A stretch of DNA of 64,000 nucleotides. It comes from an uncultured Gemmatimonadales bacterium. GTDB taxonomy: Bacteria; Gemmatimonadota; Gemmatimonadetes; Gemmatimonadales; GWC2-71-9. Within the stretch, counting starts at the first letter, position 1, and each line of letters opens with the position of its first letter. A model generated the notes under the pieces. It was not told the origin of the DNA and searched no databases. It saw only the letters and a program-made list of their open reading frames with translations. Shown here piece after piece: positions 1 to 11,035 of the stretch. The stretch spans positions 2,112,001 through 2,176,000 of the forward strand of contig CAVUAK010000001.1 in NCBI GenBank assembly GCA_963739455.1, in the 5' to 3' direction. The position numbers and the translations under genes were made by a program.

Positions 1-345
1 CCGCTGAAAGTTGGACACCGCGCTCAGGTTGGCACTGGCATCATCGCGGATGGCGGTGTGAGGGCAGCCGCCGGTCTGCACACCGACGATGCGCTCCACC
101 GGCAACACCCCGCTGCGGGACAGGAACTCGGCGTCCTCGTGCGTATAGATGTCGTTGGTGATGACGGCAAGGTTGATCTCGGGCCACAGGACGCGGCAGA
201 GTTCCTCCACCAATGCGGTCTTGCCGGAGCCTACCGGACCGGCGATACCGAGGGTGAAGACTGATCGCTTGGAGCCGGCATAGCGTGCCGCCCCGGGGGA
301 GCCCATGTAGTCGGTGCTGTGGGAATGATCGTGGTCGTCGTGCAT
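1..345 (-). CDS. ureG: Urease accessory GTPase UreG (5' part; runs off the window edge)
   Basis: Manual translation from ATG 345: [10 protein letters not shown]...[13 protein letters not shown] (P-loop)...[10 protein letters not shown]...[19 protein letters not shown]. Not in the ORF track. Confidence 0.95.
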   Translation of the reverse strand, partial: MHDDHDHSHSTDYMGSPGAARYAGSKRSVFTLGIAGPVGSGKTALVEELCRVLWPEINLAVITNDIYTHEDAEFLSRSGVLPVERIVGVQTGGCPHTAIRDDASANLSAVSNFQR

Positions 346-406
346 GGCAGTCTCCAGGAAATGTTGGTCGCGGCGTCACTTCGCGGAGCGAGCGACCGGC
401 CGAGTG

Positions 407-1093
407 TCAGGACCGGTACATCCGCGCATAGAGCCGGGTCTGTTCATCGCAAAGCACTTCATAAAACGGGCAGCCACTTCCTGCGGTTTCGGGCTCGCGA
501 ATGCTGAGTGACGCTGCCAGTTCGCCGATGTCGTCCTGGAGATACGCCAGGACCTGCTGGCCATGGGTATGCCCCACCGGTATGGCGCGCACGCCAGCGC
601 CAATCATGCCCAGTGCCGCCTGATGCAGGTAGGCGGTGAGGACTCCCTCGGGCTCTGCGCCTGCCAGCGCGCCGAGCAAACCGAACGTCACCGCGTGGTG
701 CCAGCCCGATCCGTCGGTGCGCGCGTTGACATGCGGCGCGAGCGCCCGGGCGCTCCAGGGCCAGGTCATTGCCAGCGCGAGCAATTGCTCGCCCATCTCG
801 CGACTCGCCCCACGGATCGAGGAGGGCACGATGGAGGCCTCCACGACCTCGTTCAGCGCCCGCACGTCGGCGGGGGTGCCTTCCCGCGCTGCCCGGCAGG
901 CGGACGCCACCATGACGCCCTCGAGCGGCCCAAGGGACTCCCGGAGCCAGCGGCGCGTCCAGCGCTCAAGCGTCTCGGGATCGAACACGCGCCGCTGCGA
1001 GATGGCGGTCTCGAGACCCCAGGAATGCGTATAGCCGCCGATCGGCAGCGCCGAGTCAGCCAGCTGGAGCAATCGCACGTTGATGGGGATCAC
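407..1093 (-). CDS. ureF: Urease accessory protein UreF
   Basis: LLQLADSALPIGGYTHSWGLE N-terminal motif; C-terminal RLYARMYRS; lies between ureC and ureG. Confidence 0.92.
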   Translation of the reverse strand: MIPINVRLLQLADSALPIGGYTHSWGLETAISQRRVFDPETLERWTRRWLRESLGPLEGVMVASACRAAREGTPADVRALNEVVEASIVPSSIRGASREMGEQLLALAMTWPWSARALAPHVNARTDGSGWHHAVTFGLLGALAGAEPEGVLTAYLHQAALGMIGAGVRAIPVGHTHGQQVLAYLQDDIGELAASLSIREPETAGSGCPFYEVLCDEQTRLYARMYRS

Positions 1094-1139
1094 GGCGCCT
1101 GGCCCGCCACTGCGCGGGCCAGGTGGTCTTTCTGCACCC

Positions 1140-2861
1140 TCAAAAGAGGAAGTACCGCTGGGTCATTGGAAGTGTCTTGAGCGGGTCGCTCCCGACCTTC
1201 TTGCCATCGACGGTGACCTGGTACGTATCAGGATCCACCTTGATCTTGGGCGTGGCCTCGTTCCGCTTCATGTCCTTCTTGCCGATGTTCCGGCAGTTCT
1301 TGACTGCCTGGAGTTCGCGCTGCAGGCCGTACTTCTCGCCCACGTTCTCGTCGAGCGCGGCCTGCGACACAAACGAGATGCAGGACTTCGACAGCGCGCG
1401 GCCATACGCCGCGAACTGCGGGCGCATCCAGACCGGCTGCGGTGTTGCGATGCTGGCGTTCGGGTCGCCCATCTGTGCCTGGACCAGGAGGCCGCCCTTG
1501 AGCACCAGGAACGGCTTCACGCCGAAGTACGCCGGCTCGTAGATGACGAGGTCGGCCAGCTTGCCCGCCTCGATGCTCCCCACGTGATCGGCGATGCCCT
1601 GCGCGATGGCGGGATTGATGGTGTACTTGGCGACGTAGCGCTTGACCCGCTCATTGTCGTTGCGCGAGCTGTCGCCCGCCAGGGGGCCGAACTGCACCTT
1701 CATCTTGTGGGCGGTCTGCCAGGTGCGCAGGATTGCCTCGCCGATGCGGCCCATGGCCTGGGAGTCCGAGCTCATGATGCTGATGATGCCGCGGTCGTGG
1801 AACACATCTTCCGCGCCGATCGTCTCGGCCCGGATCCGGCTCTCGGCGAAGGCCACGTCCTCGGGGATGTTCCGAGAGAGGTGGTGGCACACCATGAGCA
1901 TGTCGAGATGCTCGTCGATGGTGTTCACCGTGAACGGCCGGGTGGGGTTGGTGCTGGCCGGCAGGACGTTCGGCTCACCAGCGATCTTGATGATGTCCGG
2001 GGCGTGACCGCCACCAGCACCCTCGGTGTGGAAGCTGTGAATGGTGCGACCCTTGATGGCCCCGATCGTGTCATCGAGGAAGCCGCACTCATTCAGCGTA
2101 TCGGTATGGATGGCCACCTGGATGTCGTACTCGTCGGCCACCGTGAGGCTGGTGTCGATGACCGACAGGGTGGTGCCCCAGTCTTCGTGCAGCTTGAGCC
2201 CGCATGCGCCGGCCTTGATCATTTCGACGAGCGGACCGGGCAGGCTGCTGTTGCCCTTGCCCATGATGCCGACGTTGATCGGCAGTCCCTCGAAGGCCTG
2301 CAGCATCCGCATGATGTTCCAGGCACCGGGCGTACATGTCGTTGCCCATGTGCCGGTGGAAGAGCCGGTGCCGCCGCCGATCAGCGTGGTAATGCCGCTG
2401 GCCAGGGCAACCTCGATCTGCTGCGGACAGATAAAGTGAATGTGGGTGTCGACGCCGCCGGCGGTGACGATCTTGCCCTCACCCGCGATGATGTCCGTGG
2501 CGGGACCGATGACGATGCGCGGGTCGATGCCGCTCTGGGTGAGCGGGTTGCCGGACTTGCCAATGGCCACGATCCGCCCCTCGCGGATGCCGATGTCGCC
2601 CTTGACGATGCCCCAGTGGTCGATGATGATCGCGTTGGTGATGACCAGGTCGCAGTGCTTCGGGCTCAGCGGCTCCTCGAGGGCGCACTGGTCCTGGCCG
2701 TCGCGGATGGACTTGCCGCCGCCGAAGATCGACTCCTCGCCGTAGTCGCCGTAGTGCTCCTCGATCTCGATGATCAGGTCCGTATCGGCCAGGCGAATCC
2801 GGTCGCCGTCCGTCGGACCATACTTTTTCGCATACGCGCTGCGGGAAATTTTTACGCTCAT
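1140..2861 (-). CDS. ureC: Urease alpha subunit
   Basis: [53 protein letters not shown] motifs all intact. Confidence 0.99.
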   Translation of the reverse strand: MSVKISRSAYAKKYGPTDGDRIRLADTDLIIEIEEHYGDYGEESIFGGGKSIRDGQDQCALEEPLSPKHCDLVITNAIIIDHWGIVKGDIGIREGRIVAIGKSGNPLTQSGIDPRIVIGPATDIIAGEGKIVTAGGVDTHIHFICPQQIEVALASGITTLIGGGTGSSTGTWATTCTPGAWNIMRMLQAFEGLPINVGIMGKGNSSLPGPLVEMIKAGACGLKLHEDWGTTLSVIDTSLTVADEYDIQVAIHTDTLNECGFLDDTIGAIKGRTIHSFHTEGAGGGHAPDIIKIAGEPNVLPASTNPTRPFTVNTIDEHLDMLMVCHHLSRNIPEDVAFAESRIRAETIGAEDVFHDRGIISIMSSDSQAMGRIGEAILRTWQTAHKMKVQFGPLAGDSSRNDNERVKRYVAKYTINPAIAQGIADHVGSIEAGKLADLVIYEPAYFGVKPFLVLKGGLLVQAQMGDPNASIATPQPVWMRPQFAAYGRALSKSCISFVSQAALDENVGEKYGLQRELQAVKNCRNIGKKDMKRNEATPKIKVDPDTYQVTVDGKKVGSDPLKTLPMTQRYFLF

Positions 2862-2906
2862 GGCTGGTTCGCCTTGCAGTTCAGGATGTGAGGTTGCGGG
2901 CCGGGT

Positions 2907-3287
2907 TCAGGGCTTCGACGGCTTGTGGCCGTATCCCTGCTCGACCAGGCGCTTCCAGCTGCTCTCCTTGGTGTACGGATCGTCCAGGCGGCCGTTGACC
3001 AGCGCATTGAAGCCATAGACGATGCGTCGCCCGGCGAGCGGAACCAGCTTCACGGTCTTCTTGTCGCCCGGCTCAAAGCGAACCGATGTTCCGCTCGGAA
3101 GGTCGGGTCGCATGCCATAGGCCTTCTTCCGGTCGAACACCAGCGCCTTGTTGACCTCGAAGAAGTGATAGTGGGCGCCGATCTGGACGGGCCGGTCGCC
3201 GGTGTTATTGACGGTAATCGTGACGACTGGACGACCGGCGTTGAGCTCGAGGTCGTCCTTGTCGAAGAAGTATTCGCCCGGAATCAT
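2907..3287 (-). CDS. ureB: Urease beta subunit
   Basis: MIPGEY...[19 protein letters not shown]...RFEPG. Confidence 0.98.
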   Translation of the reverse strand: MIPGEYFFDKDDLELNAGRPVVTITVNNTGDRPVQIGAHYHFFEVNKALVFDRKKAYGMRPDLPSGTSVRFEPGDKKTVKLVPLAGRRIVYGFNALVNGRLDDPYTKESSWKRLVEQGYGHKPSKP

Positions 3288-3319
3288 GTTTGCTCCCTGT
3301 CAGCCTGGTGCGGCCGGCG

Positions 3320-3622
3320 CTAGTGGATCGGATCGTGGACGGTGACCAGCTTGCTGCCGTCAGGGAATGTGGGTTCGACCTGGATCATGGAGATCATCTC
3401 CGCGACGCCTTCCATGACGTCCTTCTTCTTGAGGATGCCGCGACCCAACGTCATGATCTCGGCGACCGACTTGCCGTCGCGGGCCATCTCCATCAGTTCG
3501 GCGGTGATCAGGGCGATCGCCTCGGGAACGTTGAGCTTGAGGCCACGCTCCTTCCGCGCCCGGGCCACCTGAGCAGCCGTGAAGATGAGAAGTTTGTCGC
3601 GTTCCTGGGGCGAGAGATTCAT
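3320..3622 (-). CDS. ureA: Urease gamma subunit
   Basis: [13 protein letters not shown]...GLKLNVPEA...[15 protein letters not shown]. Confidence 0.98.
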   Translation of the reverse strand: MNLSPQERDKLLIFTAAQVARARKERGLKLNVPEAIALITAELMEMARDGKSVAEIMTLGRGILKKKDVMEGVAEMISMIQVEPTFPDGSKLVTVHDPIH

Positions 3623-3665
3623 GGGCTACTCCAATGCGTGAAGACCTGCCGTGAAACGATCGGTG

Positions 3666-4631
3666 CTACGCCGCTGCTCCGGTGTGGTACTTGCCCTCGA
3701 GCCACCCGATGCACATGACCAGCCAGGTCGCGAGCACGAACGGGGCAGTGAGGGCCGGCAAACCCAGCAACGGCACGAACTCCGTGAGCGGCACTGAGAG
3801 GATGATGCCAAGCACGGGTGGAATGAGCGACTTCCGCCAGAGGGAGAGTGCGACCGCGGCCAGCGTCGCGTTGTAGCCGTAGAGGCCGAGCGCGATGTTC
3901 TCGAACTGCGCGCGGTCGATGAGGCGCTCGGGATCGAGGCCCCTGGCCCCGGCCGCGAGGTGATAGCTGGCGACGAGCATGCCGACGACGGCACCCAGCA
4001 GCACCCATGCGGCGTGCTTCCTGTCACTGATGAAGATGCCGACAAGAAAGAGTACCCCGGTCCACACGCTGCCCTGGAACATCACCTGACCGATGCCGTG
4101 TGCCGTGGCCTCGATGAAGGGATGCACCGGAAGGTTGGGAACGAGCAGCGCGGCCCCGGGATCGGTGCCGGCGGCGTTCAACGCCCGGCCCAGAAAGAAG
4201 ATGACCCAGGTCGTGACAATGAATGGTGAGGTGTAGGTCGGGAATGGAACCTGCGCGCGCATCAGCCGCGTGAGCACTGTCGCCGCGACGCAACCGACCA
4301 GCAACAGGGCAATGCTGATGGCCGAAGGCTGGAAAAAGAAAAAGGTTGCAATTCCAACCAATGTGGAATTGAAACCGTAGATCCCGGCTGTGAGCTCGCC
4401 CTTGTCAAACTTCAGTTGCGAGGCTGTCACCGTACCGACAATTGCGCCGATGACGGCGCCGAGGGCCATCAGCGGTGAACTCATCGCGATGCCCGCCACG
4501 AACAGCGCGCCGGTGAGCGCATTTTCCTGGAAGAAGACCTGCCCGATGCCCCGCAACACCACGAGCACCGGCTGGGGAATACTGGAGGACTGCGACGACG
4601 CAGCGGGACTAGCAGTACTCGCTCTTGTCAT
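3666..4631 (-). CDS. Urea transporter (UT/Yut family)
   Basis: Duplicated GIGQV(F/M)FQ and G(I/L)YG(F/Y)N motifs, LPALTAPFVL; first gene of the urease run. Confidence 0.92.
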   Translation of the reverse strand: MTRASTASPAASSQSSSIPQPVLVVLRGIGQVFFQENALTGALFVAGIAMSSPLMALGAVIGAIVGTVTASQLKFDKGELTAGIYGFNSTLVGIATFFFFQPSAISIALLLVGCVAATVLTRLMRAQVPFPTYTSPFIVTTWVIFFLGRALNAAGTDPGAALLVPNLPVHPFIEATAHGIGQVMFQGSVWTGVLFLVGIFISDRKHAAWVLLGAVVGMLVASYHLAAGARGLDPERLIDRAQFENIALGLYGYNATLAAVALSLWRKSLIPPVLGIILSVPLTEFVPLLGLPALTAPFVLATWLVMCIGWLEGKYHTGAAA

Positions 4632-4693
4632 ACGACTCCACGCTGGGCATCGTGATCTTCACCGCACCACCCCAAAATCCACCACCGCTTGGT

Positions 4694-4722
4694 ATTATCC
4701 CGCGCCCCGGTTCGCACCGCAA
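4694..4722 (-). promoter_or_regulatory. Putative sigma70-type promoter of the urease operon
   Basis: Minus strand TTGCGG-N17-GATAAT, about 60 nt upstream of the UT start. Confidence 0.4.
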
Positions 4723-4741
4723 GCCCCGACGTGACTCGCGC

Positions 4742-6535
4742 TCAGAGTCGCCAGTACAACGGCACCATGAAGACCGACACGATGAAGAACCATATCATGC
4801 AGGGAACACCGAGCTTCCAGTAGTCACCGAATCGATACCCACCTGGTGCCATCACGATAAGGTTGGATGGTGTTGCGACCGGTGTAAGGAACGATGCACC
4901 CGCGGCCACGGTGAGGCTGATCAGCACGCTTCGTGGTGAAACGCCCATGCCGGTCGCCGCCGCGATGGCCACGGGGGCCAGGATGAGTCCCGTGGCGGTG
5001 TTGCTGATGAGCTGTCCGAGGATCGCGGTGAGCACGAAAATGCCGGCCAGCAGGGCACGAGGTCCCGCATCGCCGATGATGCCGAGCAGCGTGTCCGCCA
5101 TGAGCTGCGCCGCGCCCGTCTTGGCCATTGCGGTGGAGAGCGGGAACATGCCGCCTTGAAGGAGGCAGGTCGTCCAGTCGATTCCCTTGTAGGCCTGGGG
5201 CACGGTCAGGACGCCGGTCAGGACCATCGCCAGGCTGCAGACGAGCGCGGCAATGGCCTTCGGGACCACACCCGTGGCAAGGAGGACGACCAGCAGCAGC
5301 AGGATCGCGATGGCCGGGCGTGCGCCCGGTCCGAGCGCCACCGCCTGGCGCCGCACCACGTCGGGCGAATCGACCACGAGCATCTGCGGATCGGCCAGCT
5401 GCTCATCGAGCGCCGCCCACGTGCCCTGCAGCAGCAGGTGATCGCCGGGAGCGAGCGTGGTCGGCGCTGCGCCGAGATCCTCGCCGCCCCGCTGCACGGC
5501 GAGGACCATGAGGTCGCCCCCGGGTGTTGTCATGCCGGGGAACATCTGCTCGCCGACCAGCTTGGATCGCGGTGGTATCACCACTTCAGCCAGGCCCGAA
5601 CTCCGGTTGAACAGGGTCTCGGCGACGCCACCTTCCTCCGAGCGGACGGCGAGATGCTTGTCGGTGGCCAGTTTTCCCGCGGTCCCGGCATCACCGCGAA
5701 GCAGCAGCATATCGCCCACGGCCAGTGTCGCGCGCCCCGGCCTGCCAGCCTGAACCGACACGAGGCTCAATCCCGGGTACGCGCCAAGGTCGATTGCATC
5801 GCGCGACTCACCGACCCAAGGCGACGTCTCCCGCACCTTGAGGCGGTGCATCCCGTCCTCGAGGCGATACTGTTCGACGAGGGTGTTGGCATGGGCACTG
5901 AAATCGGCCGGAAGCGTGGTGCTCGAGCGCTCGGGGAGCAGGCGTTCACCGAGGAGCAGCGTGATCACGAGGATCCCGATGACCAGTGGAATGCCCGCAA
6001 TGGCGAGCTCGAAAAAGCCGAATGGCCGCAGGCCCGCCTCCTCGGCGGTGCGGGAGATGACCACGTTGACGGTGCCGCCCGCCAGCGTCAGCAGCGCGCC
6101 GGCGCTCGACCCGAAGGCGAGCGGTATGAGCAGCTTCGACGGCGAGCGGCCCATGCGCAGGGCCGCGATGATGACGACCGGCACCAGCGCGGCGGTGGCG
6201 CCGATGAGCCCGATGAGGCCGCTCATGATGCCGACGAGCAGCATCATCAGCACGATGAGGCGGGTGCGGCTCGTGCCGGCCTTCTTGACCAGGAGCTGCC
6301 CCGCCCAGGTGGTGACACCGGTCGACTCGAGTCCGGCGCTCACGACGAAGAGCCCGGCGATGAAGACCACGACGGGATCACCGAGCCCCGCCAGCGTCTC
6401 GTGCGCGCTCAGCACGCCGGAGAAGTAGAGCGCCAGCGGTGTAATGAGCGCCACGACCGCCACCGGGATCTTGTTCCAGACGAACAGGACCACGGTCACT
6501 GCGACGATGGCGAAGGTGATGGTGATCTGGCTCAT
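4742..6535 (-). CDS. SLC13/DASS-family permease with TrkA-C domains
   Basis: Hydrophobic N and C halves, central TrkA-C-like region, FLTPVATPSN and GGYRFGDYWKLG motifs. Confidence 0.9.
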   Translation of the reverse strand: MSQITITFAIVAVTVVLFVWNKIPVAVVALITPLALYFSGVLSAHETLAGLGDPVVVFIAGLFVVSAGLESTGVTTWAGQLLVKKAGTSRTRLIVLMMLLVGIMSGLIGLIGATAALVPVVIIAALRMGRSPSKLLIPLAFGSSAGALLTLAGGTVNVVISRTAEEAGLRPFGFFELAIAGIPLVIGILVITLLLGERLLPERSSTTLPADFSAHANTLVEQYRLEDGMHRLKVRETSPWVGESRDAIDLGAYPGLSLVSVQAGRPGRATLAVGDMLLLRGDAGTAGKLATDKHLAVRSEEGGVAETLFNRSSGLAEVVIPPRSKLVGEQMFPGMTTPGGDLMVLAVQRGGEDLGAAPTTLAPGDHLLLQGTWAALDEQLADPQMLVVDSPDVVRRQAVALGPGARPAIAILLLLVVLLATGVVPKAIAALVCSLAMVLTGVLTVPQAYKGIDWTTCLLQGGMFPLSTAMAKTGAAQLMADTLLGIIGDAGPRALLAGIFVLTAILGQLISNTATGLILAPVAIAAATGMGVSPRSVLISLTVAAGASFLTPVATPSNLIVMAPGGYRFGDYWKLGVPCMIWFFIVSVFMVPLYWRL

Positions 6536-7404
6536 GCGGGCGGTGCCTCCATCGTCATGACGGGCCGGACCTCGCCGTGCTTCCGCCCCAGCATCATTGC
6601 GGCGTCATCACGCTCGCGCAACGATCGGTAGATCGCAAACAACGTCGATCCTGACCCGGTCATGCGGCACACGAGCGGGTGCGTGGTGCAGAGCGCCTCG
6701 AATGCCGCCCGCACAACAGGCAATCGCGCGAAGACCACCGACTCGAAGTCGTTGCCCGCCATCCGCCCGATGCTGCCCCACGAGGACAATGCGTCGAGGT
6801 CGAGGGCCAGCGCGCCGCGCCGCCCGTCGTGCTTCCTTGCAGCAGAAACCCAGCCGTAGGCCTCCGCGGTGCTGACGCCGACCGGTGGCGTGACGAGCAG
6901 GGCGGGGGCGGCCGGCAATTGCGGCAGGCGAAGGAGCCGTTCTCCGTGGCCCCATCCCAGTGCGAGCGGGGCCTGGGCCACGAAGAAGGCGACGTCGCTG
7001 CCCAGGCGCGCGGCGAACTGCAGGAGCTCGTGACGCGGCACGGCATTCCCCGCGAGCTGGTTCACGGCCATGAGCGCTGCGGCACCGTCACTTGACCCGC
7101 CGCCAAGGCCGGCACGGACGGGAATCCGCTTCACGAGATGGAGCTTGAGACCGAAGGGGTGACCGATCGCGTCGAGCACGAGGGTCGCCGCCTTGAACGC
7201 GGTGTTGTGGATGAAGGGACCGGTATCGGCGCCCTCAACCGTGAGGTGTATCTCGCGATTGTCGGTCCGCTCAGCGACAACGGTGTCGTGGAGGTCGAGC
7301 AGCGCGAAGATCGTCTCGAGCCCGTGGTAGCCGTCGTCTTCCCGCGCCAGTACCCGCAGGAGCAGGTTGATCTTCGCATGGGCCCTCACCTCGACGGCGT
7401 TCAT
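6532..7404 (-). CDS. ispE: 4-diphosphocytidyl-2-C-methyl-D-erythritol kinase
   Basis: AHAKINLLL, KRIPVRAGLGGGSSDGAA, LGSDVAFF, MTGSGST; start ATG 7404 overlaps the upstream stop (ATGA). Confidence 0.95.
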   Translation of the reverse strand: MNAVEVRAHAKINLLLRVLAREDDGYHGLETIFALLDLHDTVVAERTDNREIHLTVEGADTGPFIHNTAFKAATLVLDAIGHPFGLKLHLVKRIPVRAGLGGGSSDGAAALMAVNQLAGNAVPRHELLQFAARLGSDVAFFVAQAPLALGWGHGERLLRLPQLPAAPALLVTPPVGVSTAEAYGWVSAARKHDGRRGALALDLDALSSWGSIGRMAGNDFESVVFARLPVVRAAFEALCTTHPLVCRMTGSGSTLFAIYRSLRERDDAAMMLGRKHGEVRPVMTMEAPPA

Positions 7405-8433
7405 TTCTTCGTCTGGGCGCGGATGTCGCGGAAGGCGATCGGGCTGATCGCGAGGGAGATGAGCCCCAGCAGGGTAACGGGCAGCAGCGTGCTGATGTGG
7501 TAGGTGACGGCGTAGGAAAAGCCCGTCGTATCGGACACCCCGAAGAGGCCGAGCACGGCCACGATCGACGCCTCGAACGGACCGAAGTATCCCGGCGTCG
7601 ATGGCACGGCGATGCCGAACGCCATGGCGCTCTGCAGCAGCAGCGCTCCCCCGAACGTGACGTTGATGTTGAACGCGAAGAACATGGCGTAGAACGACGC
7701 CGCACTCACGAGCCACATCACCAGCGACCAGAATACCACCCCCGCCAGCCGGGCAGGCGAGCGCAGGCCGCTCAGGCCCATCGGCGATGCCGTGACTGAT
7801 GGAGACGAGGCCAGCCTGGATCCTGCCCTCGGGGAGCACGGCCCGGATGACACGTTCCATCAACTCAGGCCGGGCGATGATGGCGGCGCCGACCGCGACG
7901 GCGAACAGGGCGCCAATGCCGGCATACGTCGCGATGCGCGCCAGCGGGATGCCGGCGATCACCGTCGACACCGGAAGGTTGGAGAGGAGGAGCCCCGCCG
8001 AAAGCAGCAACACCAGCGTCAGGGCGTCGAACACTCGCTCGACCACGAGCGAGGTGATCGCGCCGGTCAGCCGCACGTGTCCCAGGGTGGAGATGGCATA
8101 GGCCCGCACCAGTTCACCGGCGCGCAGCGGCAGCAGGTTGTTGGCCATGAAGCCCATGGCGACCGCATGCCAGCGCGGCCAGAAGGGCACGTCGACGCCG
8201 GTGTCGGCGCGGAGCAGCAGCTTCCACCGCACGGCCCGCAAGACAAAGGATCCAGTGGCCAGCAGCACCCCGACGAGCACCGGGATGGGCCTGGCGGTGC
8301 GGATCTCGGCGGCCATCTCGCTGAAGTTGACGTTGCGCATCGCCCAGGCCAGCAGGGCGACGGAGACTACGATACCGATGACGGCAGTCCACAGATGGCG
8401 GCGATTGCCGCCGGCCGGGTCAGCGGCCGTCAA
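7401..8433 (-). CDS. Lysylphosphatidylglycerol-synthase TM / flippase-like membrane protein (frameshift near 7780)
   Basis: RAVRWKLLL, GFMANNLLPLRAGELVR, VERVFD; continues in a second frame as PSTPGYFGPFE; start approximate. Confidence 0.8.
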
Positions 8434-10195
8434 GGGCGAGCGGGATGAGGTCGAGCAGCTCGTCGAGGAGGGGGCGCACGACGGCAACATGCTGGCCGCG
8501 CGCCAGCTGGGCACGCATCTCGTTTCGCACTTCGGCGGCGCGGAGCAGCGCGGGGCGGCCGCGATACAGCAGGTCATCGATGGAGACGATGGGAGGCGCC
8601 GCCATCACGGCGGCAGGGGCGGTACCCAGGAGTTCCGTGAGTGATGCCTCGCCCACGCCGAGCTGGTGCAGCAGCGAAGAGTAGGAAAGCAGGCTTGCCT
8701 CGAAGATGGTGGGAGGCCGATCGGCGGGCTCGACGATGGCAGTGACCACCTCGACTGCCTCGACCTCAACCACTTCAACGGCGCCATCGACGTCGATGAC
8801 GGTCGCCTCGATCGCTTCCGCCTTGATAAAGGTGAAATCGTCGATGGCAGGCGCGTCGGGCGCGAGCGACTCGATGGGCACGACCTCGTCGAGCAGCGCC
8901 ATGATCTCCGGGTCGGGTGGCTCCAGGGCCTCGCTGTCCGGGGCGAGCGTCTCGATGTCGACGACCGGCGCCAGCGTGGGCGGTGCTTCGGCTGTCGAGC
9001 CGGCACGGAGGGTCTCCACCGCCATGGCCCAGTCGTCGCGGCCAGGCGCCGCAGCATCAGCGGCACCGCGAAGGAGTTCTCCCACACGACGCAACTGATC
9101 CGCGAAACCGGTCGCGTTTGCGCTCGCGTCACCATTCGCAATGCGCGACCGGGCGAGCGACGCCCAGTCACTGACGGGCAAGGTCAATTCCCTGGCGCCG
9201 GCGCCAAGTGCGCCCAGTGGGGCGAGGAGCCCGAGCAGCCGGAGGTCGCGCTCGGTGCTGCTCTTCGAGCCGGAAATCCGGTCGGCCACCTGGGAGAGGA
9301 ACTCACCATGGCTGACGAGCTCCACCGCGCCGAGCGCAAATCGACTGCGGGCACCCTGTGCGGCGGGCTCGCCCTCGAACACGAGCGACTCGATGGCCAC
9401 CACATCCTCGTCGTCGGCGAGCGTGCGCCTGAGCAGGTCGGCGAAACGGCGCGCCTCGGGCGCGTCGGCAGTGGGCTGGCCGTTTTCCGTCACGTCGCGG
9501 CACACCCGGCTCAGGGCGTGGGCCGCGGCGTCCACCATGTCCGGGGCGCCCGCCGACGGGGCAAAGGAGCGCGCCAGTTCTCCCACTGCGAGCTCTACAC
9601 CGTCGAGGATCTCGGGAAGCGGTGCAAACTCGGCGAGCTCGGCGAGGCCGCGCAGCTGCTGCATGCGCCGCAGCACGGCATGCAGCGCCTCGCGGGAGTC
9701 GGTGGAGGTGCGCATGGCCCTGGCGGCGCGGTCGAGTGCGCTGGCGATGAGGGCACCCTCGCGCGCCACGAAGGCCCGGACGCCGGTCTGCGCGCTTCCT
9801 GCGCCGGTTGGCGCCGGCGTTGCGGCCTGCCCGGTCATGCGCTCGAGGTCGGTGGCGATGCGGCGGGCGCGGGCGGTGTCGCCATCGCTCCATTGACCCA
9901 CGCGACGGACGAGCGCACGAAAGTCGTCCACCACCTGCAGCGCCATCTCGCGCGTGGCGGCGTCCCAGGGGCGGAGTCCGTCGCGGATCCCTCGAGCAAG
10001 CGCCTCGAATGCGGCCCCCGCCTGCGCTACCGGCTGGAGGTTGGCCATCAGCGCCGCGCCGCGCAGCAGTCGCACCTGCCGCACGAACTCCTCTCCTGAC
10101 ACGCCTTCGGGGCGCGCCAGCAACGCCTCGAGGCGGTTCAGGCATTCGCCTGCCTCGAGGGTGAAGAAGTCGGTTGTGCCGAGCGAGTGGCTCAT
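8420..10195 (-). CDS. Hypothetical protein with degenerate Hpt-like helical repeats and an acidic linker
   Basis: 591 aa ORF; DFFxLEAxExL...LRG motifs resemble an Hpt domain. Confidence 0.6.
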   Translation of the reverse strand: MSHSLGTTDFFTLEAGECLNRLEALLARPEGVSGEEFVRQVRLLRGAALMANLQPVAQAGAAFEALARGIRDGLRPWDAATREMALQVVDDFRALVRRVGQWSDGDTARARRIATDLERMTGQAATPAPTGAGSAQTGVRAFVAREGALIASALDRAARAMRTSTDSREALHAVLRRMQQLRGLAELAEFAPLPEILDGVELAVGELARSFAPSAGAPDMVDAAAHALSRVCRDVTENGQPTADAPEARRFADLLRRTLADDEDVVAIESLVFEGEPAAQGARSRFALGAVELVSHGEFLSQVADRISGSKSSTERDLRLLGLLAPLGALGAGARELTLPVSDWASLARSRIANGDASANATGFADQLRRVGELLRGAADAAAPGRDDWAMAVETLRAGSTAEAPPTLAPVVDIETLAPDSEALEPPDPEIMALLDEVVPIESLAPDAPAIDDFTFIKAEAIEATVIDVDGAVEVVEVEAVEVVTAIVEPADRPPTIFEASLLSYSSLLHQLGVGEASLTELLGTAPAAVMAAPPIVSIDDLLYRGRPALLRAAEVRNEMRAQLARGQHVAVVRPLLDELLDLIPLALDGR

Positions 10196-10263
10196 GAGGC
10201 GCTGTTGGGTCCGTGGGAAGTGCCGTGAAGACTAGGCCGCGTGAAACATCGGAGCAAGGACAT

Positions 10264-10980
10264 TCAGGCCCGCGCGGCCCTGACGAGCGCCGCCATCGCC
10301 GCCACGGCAGGTTCCATCCCATCCAGCACGGCCCGGCTCACGACACTGTGCCCGATGTTGAGCTCCTCGATCTCGGGAATGGCCGCCACCGGCTGCACGT
10401 TGAGGTAGGTGAGCCCGTGGCCGGCGTGGACCGCGAGGCCAAGGTTCGCGGCGGTGCTGGCGGCACGACGGAGGGTATCGAGCGCGCGCGCATCCCGCTG
10501 CCAGTTGTGCGCGTAGTCGCCGGTATGGAGCTCGATTGCAGGGACGCCCAGCGCGAGGGCAGTGCGGATGGCACCCTCATCGGGATCGATGAAGAGGCTG
10601 ACCCGGACGCCGGCGTCATGCAGGCGGCGGATGGTCTCGGTCAGCCGTGGGCCCGGCCGGGTGAGGTCGAGCCCGCCCTCCGTGGTCACTTCCTCGCGTC
10701 GCTCCGGCACGATCGTGGCCTGGAAGGGCTTGAGGTCGCACGCGAGCGCCACGATGTCGGCGCTGGTGGCCAGTTCCAGGTTGAGCACGGTTGTGACCGC
10801 CACGGCGAGTTGCCGGACATCGTCATCCTGGATGTGACGGCGATCCTCGCGGAGATGCGCGGTAATGCCATTTGCACCACCCCGTTCGGCAGCCAGCGCG
10901 GCCACGACCGGATCGGGCTCGTCGGTGCGCCGCGCCTGCCGTACCGTGGCGACATGATCGATGTTGATATAGAGGCGCAT
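10264..10980 (-). CDS. pdxJ: Pyridoxine 5'-phosphate synthase
   Basis: LYINIDHVATVRQAR, HLREDRRHI, VTTEGGLD, HAGHGL, ELNIGHS. Confidence 0.97.
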   Translation of the reverse strand: MRLYINIDHVATVRQARRTDEPDPVVAALAAERGGANGITAHLREDRRHIQDDDVRQLAVAVTTVLNLELATSADIVALACDLKPFQATIVPERREEVTTEGGLDLTRPGPRLTETIRRLHDAGVRVSLFIDPDEGAIRTALALGVPAIELHTGDYAHNWQRDARALDTLRRAASTAANLGLAVHAGHGLTYLNVQPVAAIPEIEELNIGHSVVSRAVLDGMEPAVAAMAALVRAARA

Positions 10981-11035
10981 GAACGTTGCTGGAGGGGGTA
11001 GGAACCCATTAGTTTCGCTGTTCAACGATAGCATC

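Noticed and set aside
1080..2891. Long antisense ORFs (here, and 40490..42154, 54329..56731, 15726..17234 and others)
   Set aside because: These are shadow frames of well-supported genes, expected in high-GC DNA, and carry no recognisable motifs. Only the last 50 codons of 54329..56731 look real.
6532..8577. 681-aa ORF suggesting a flippase-IspE fusion
   Set aside because: The middle of the ORF is out-of-frame nonsense. The flippase C-terminus is in another frame and ends in an ATGA overlap with the ispE start, so a frameshift creates the apparent fusion.
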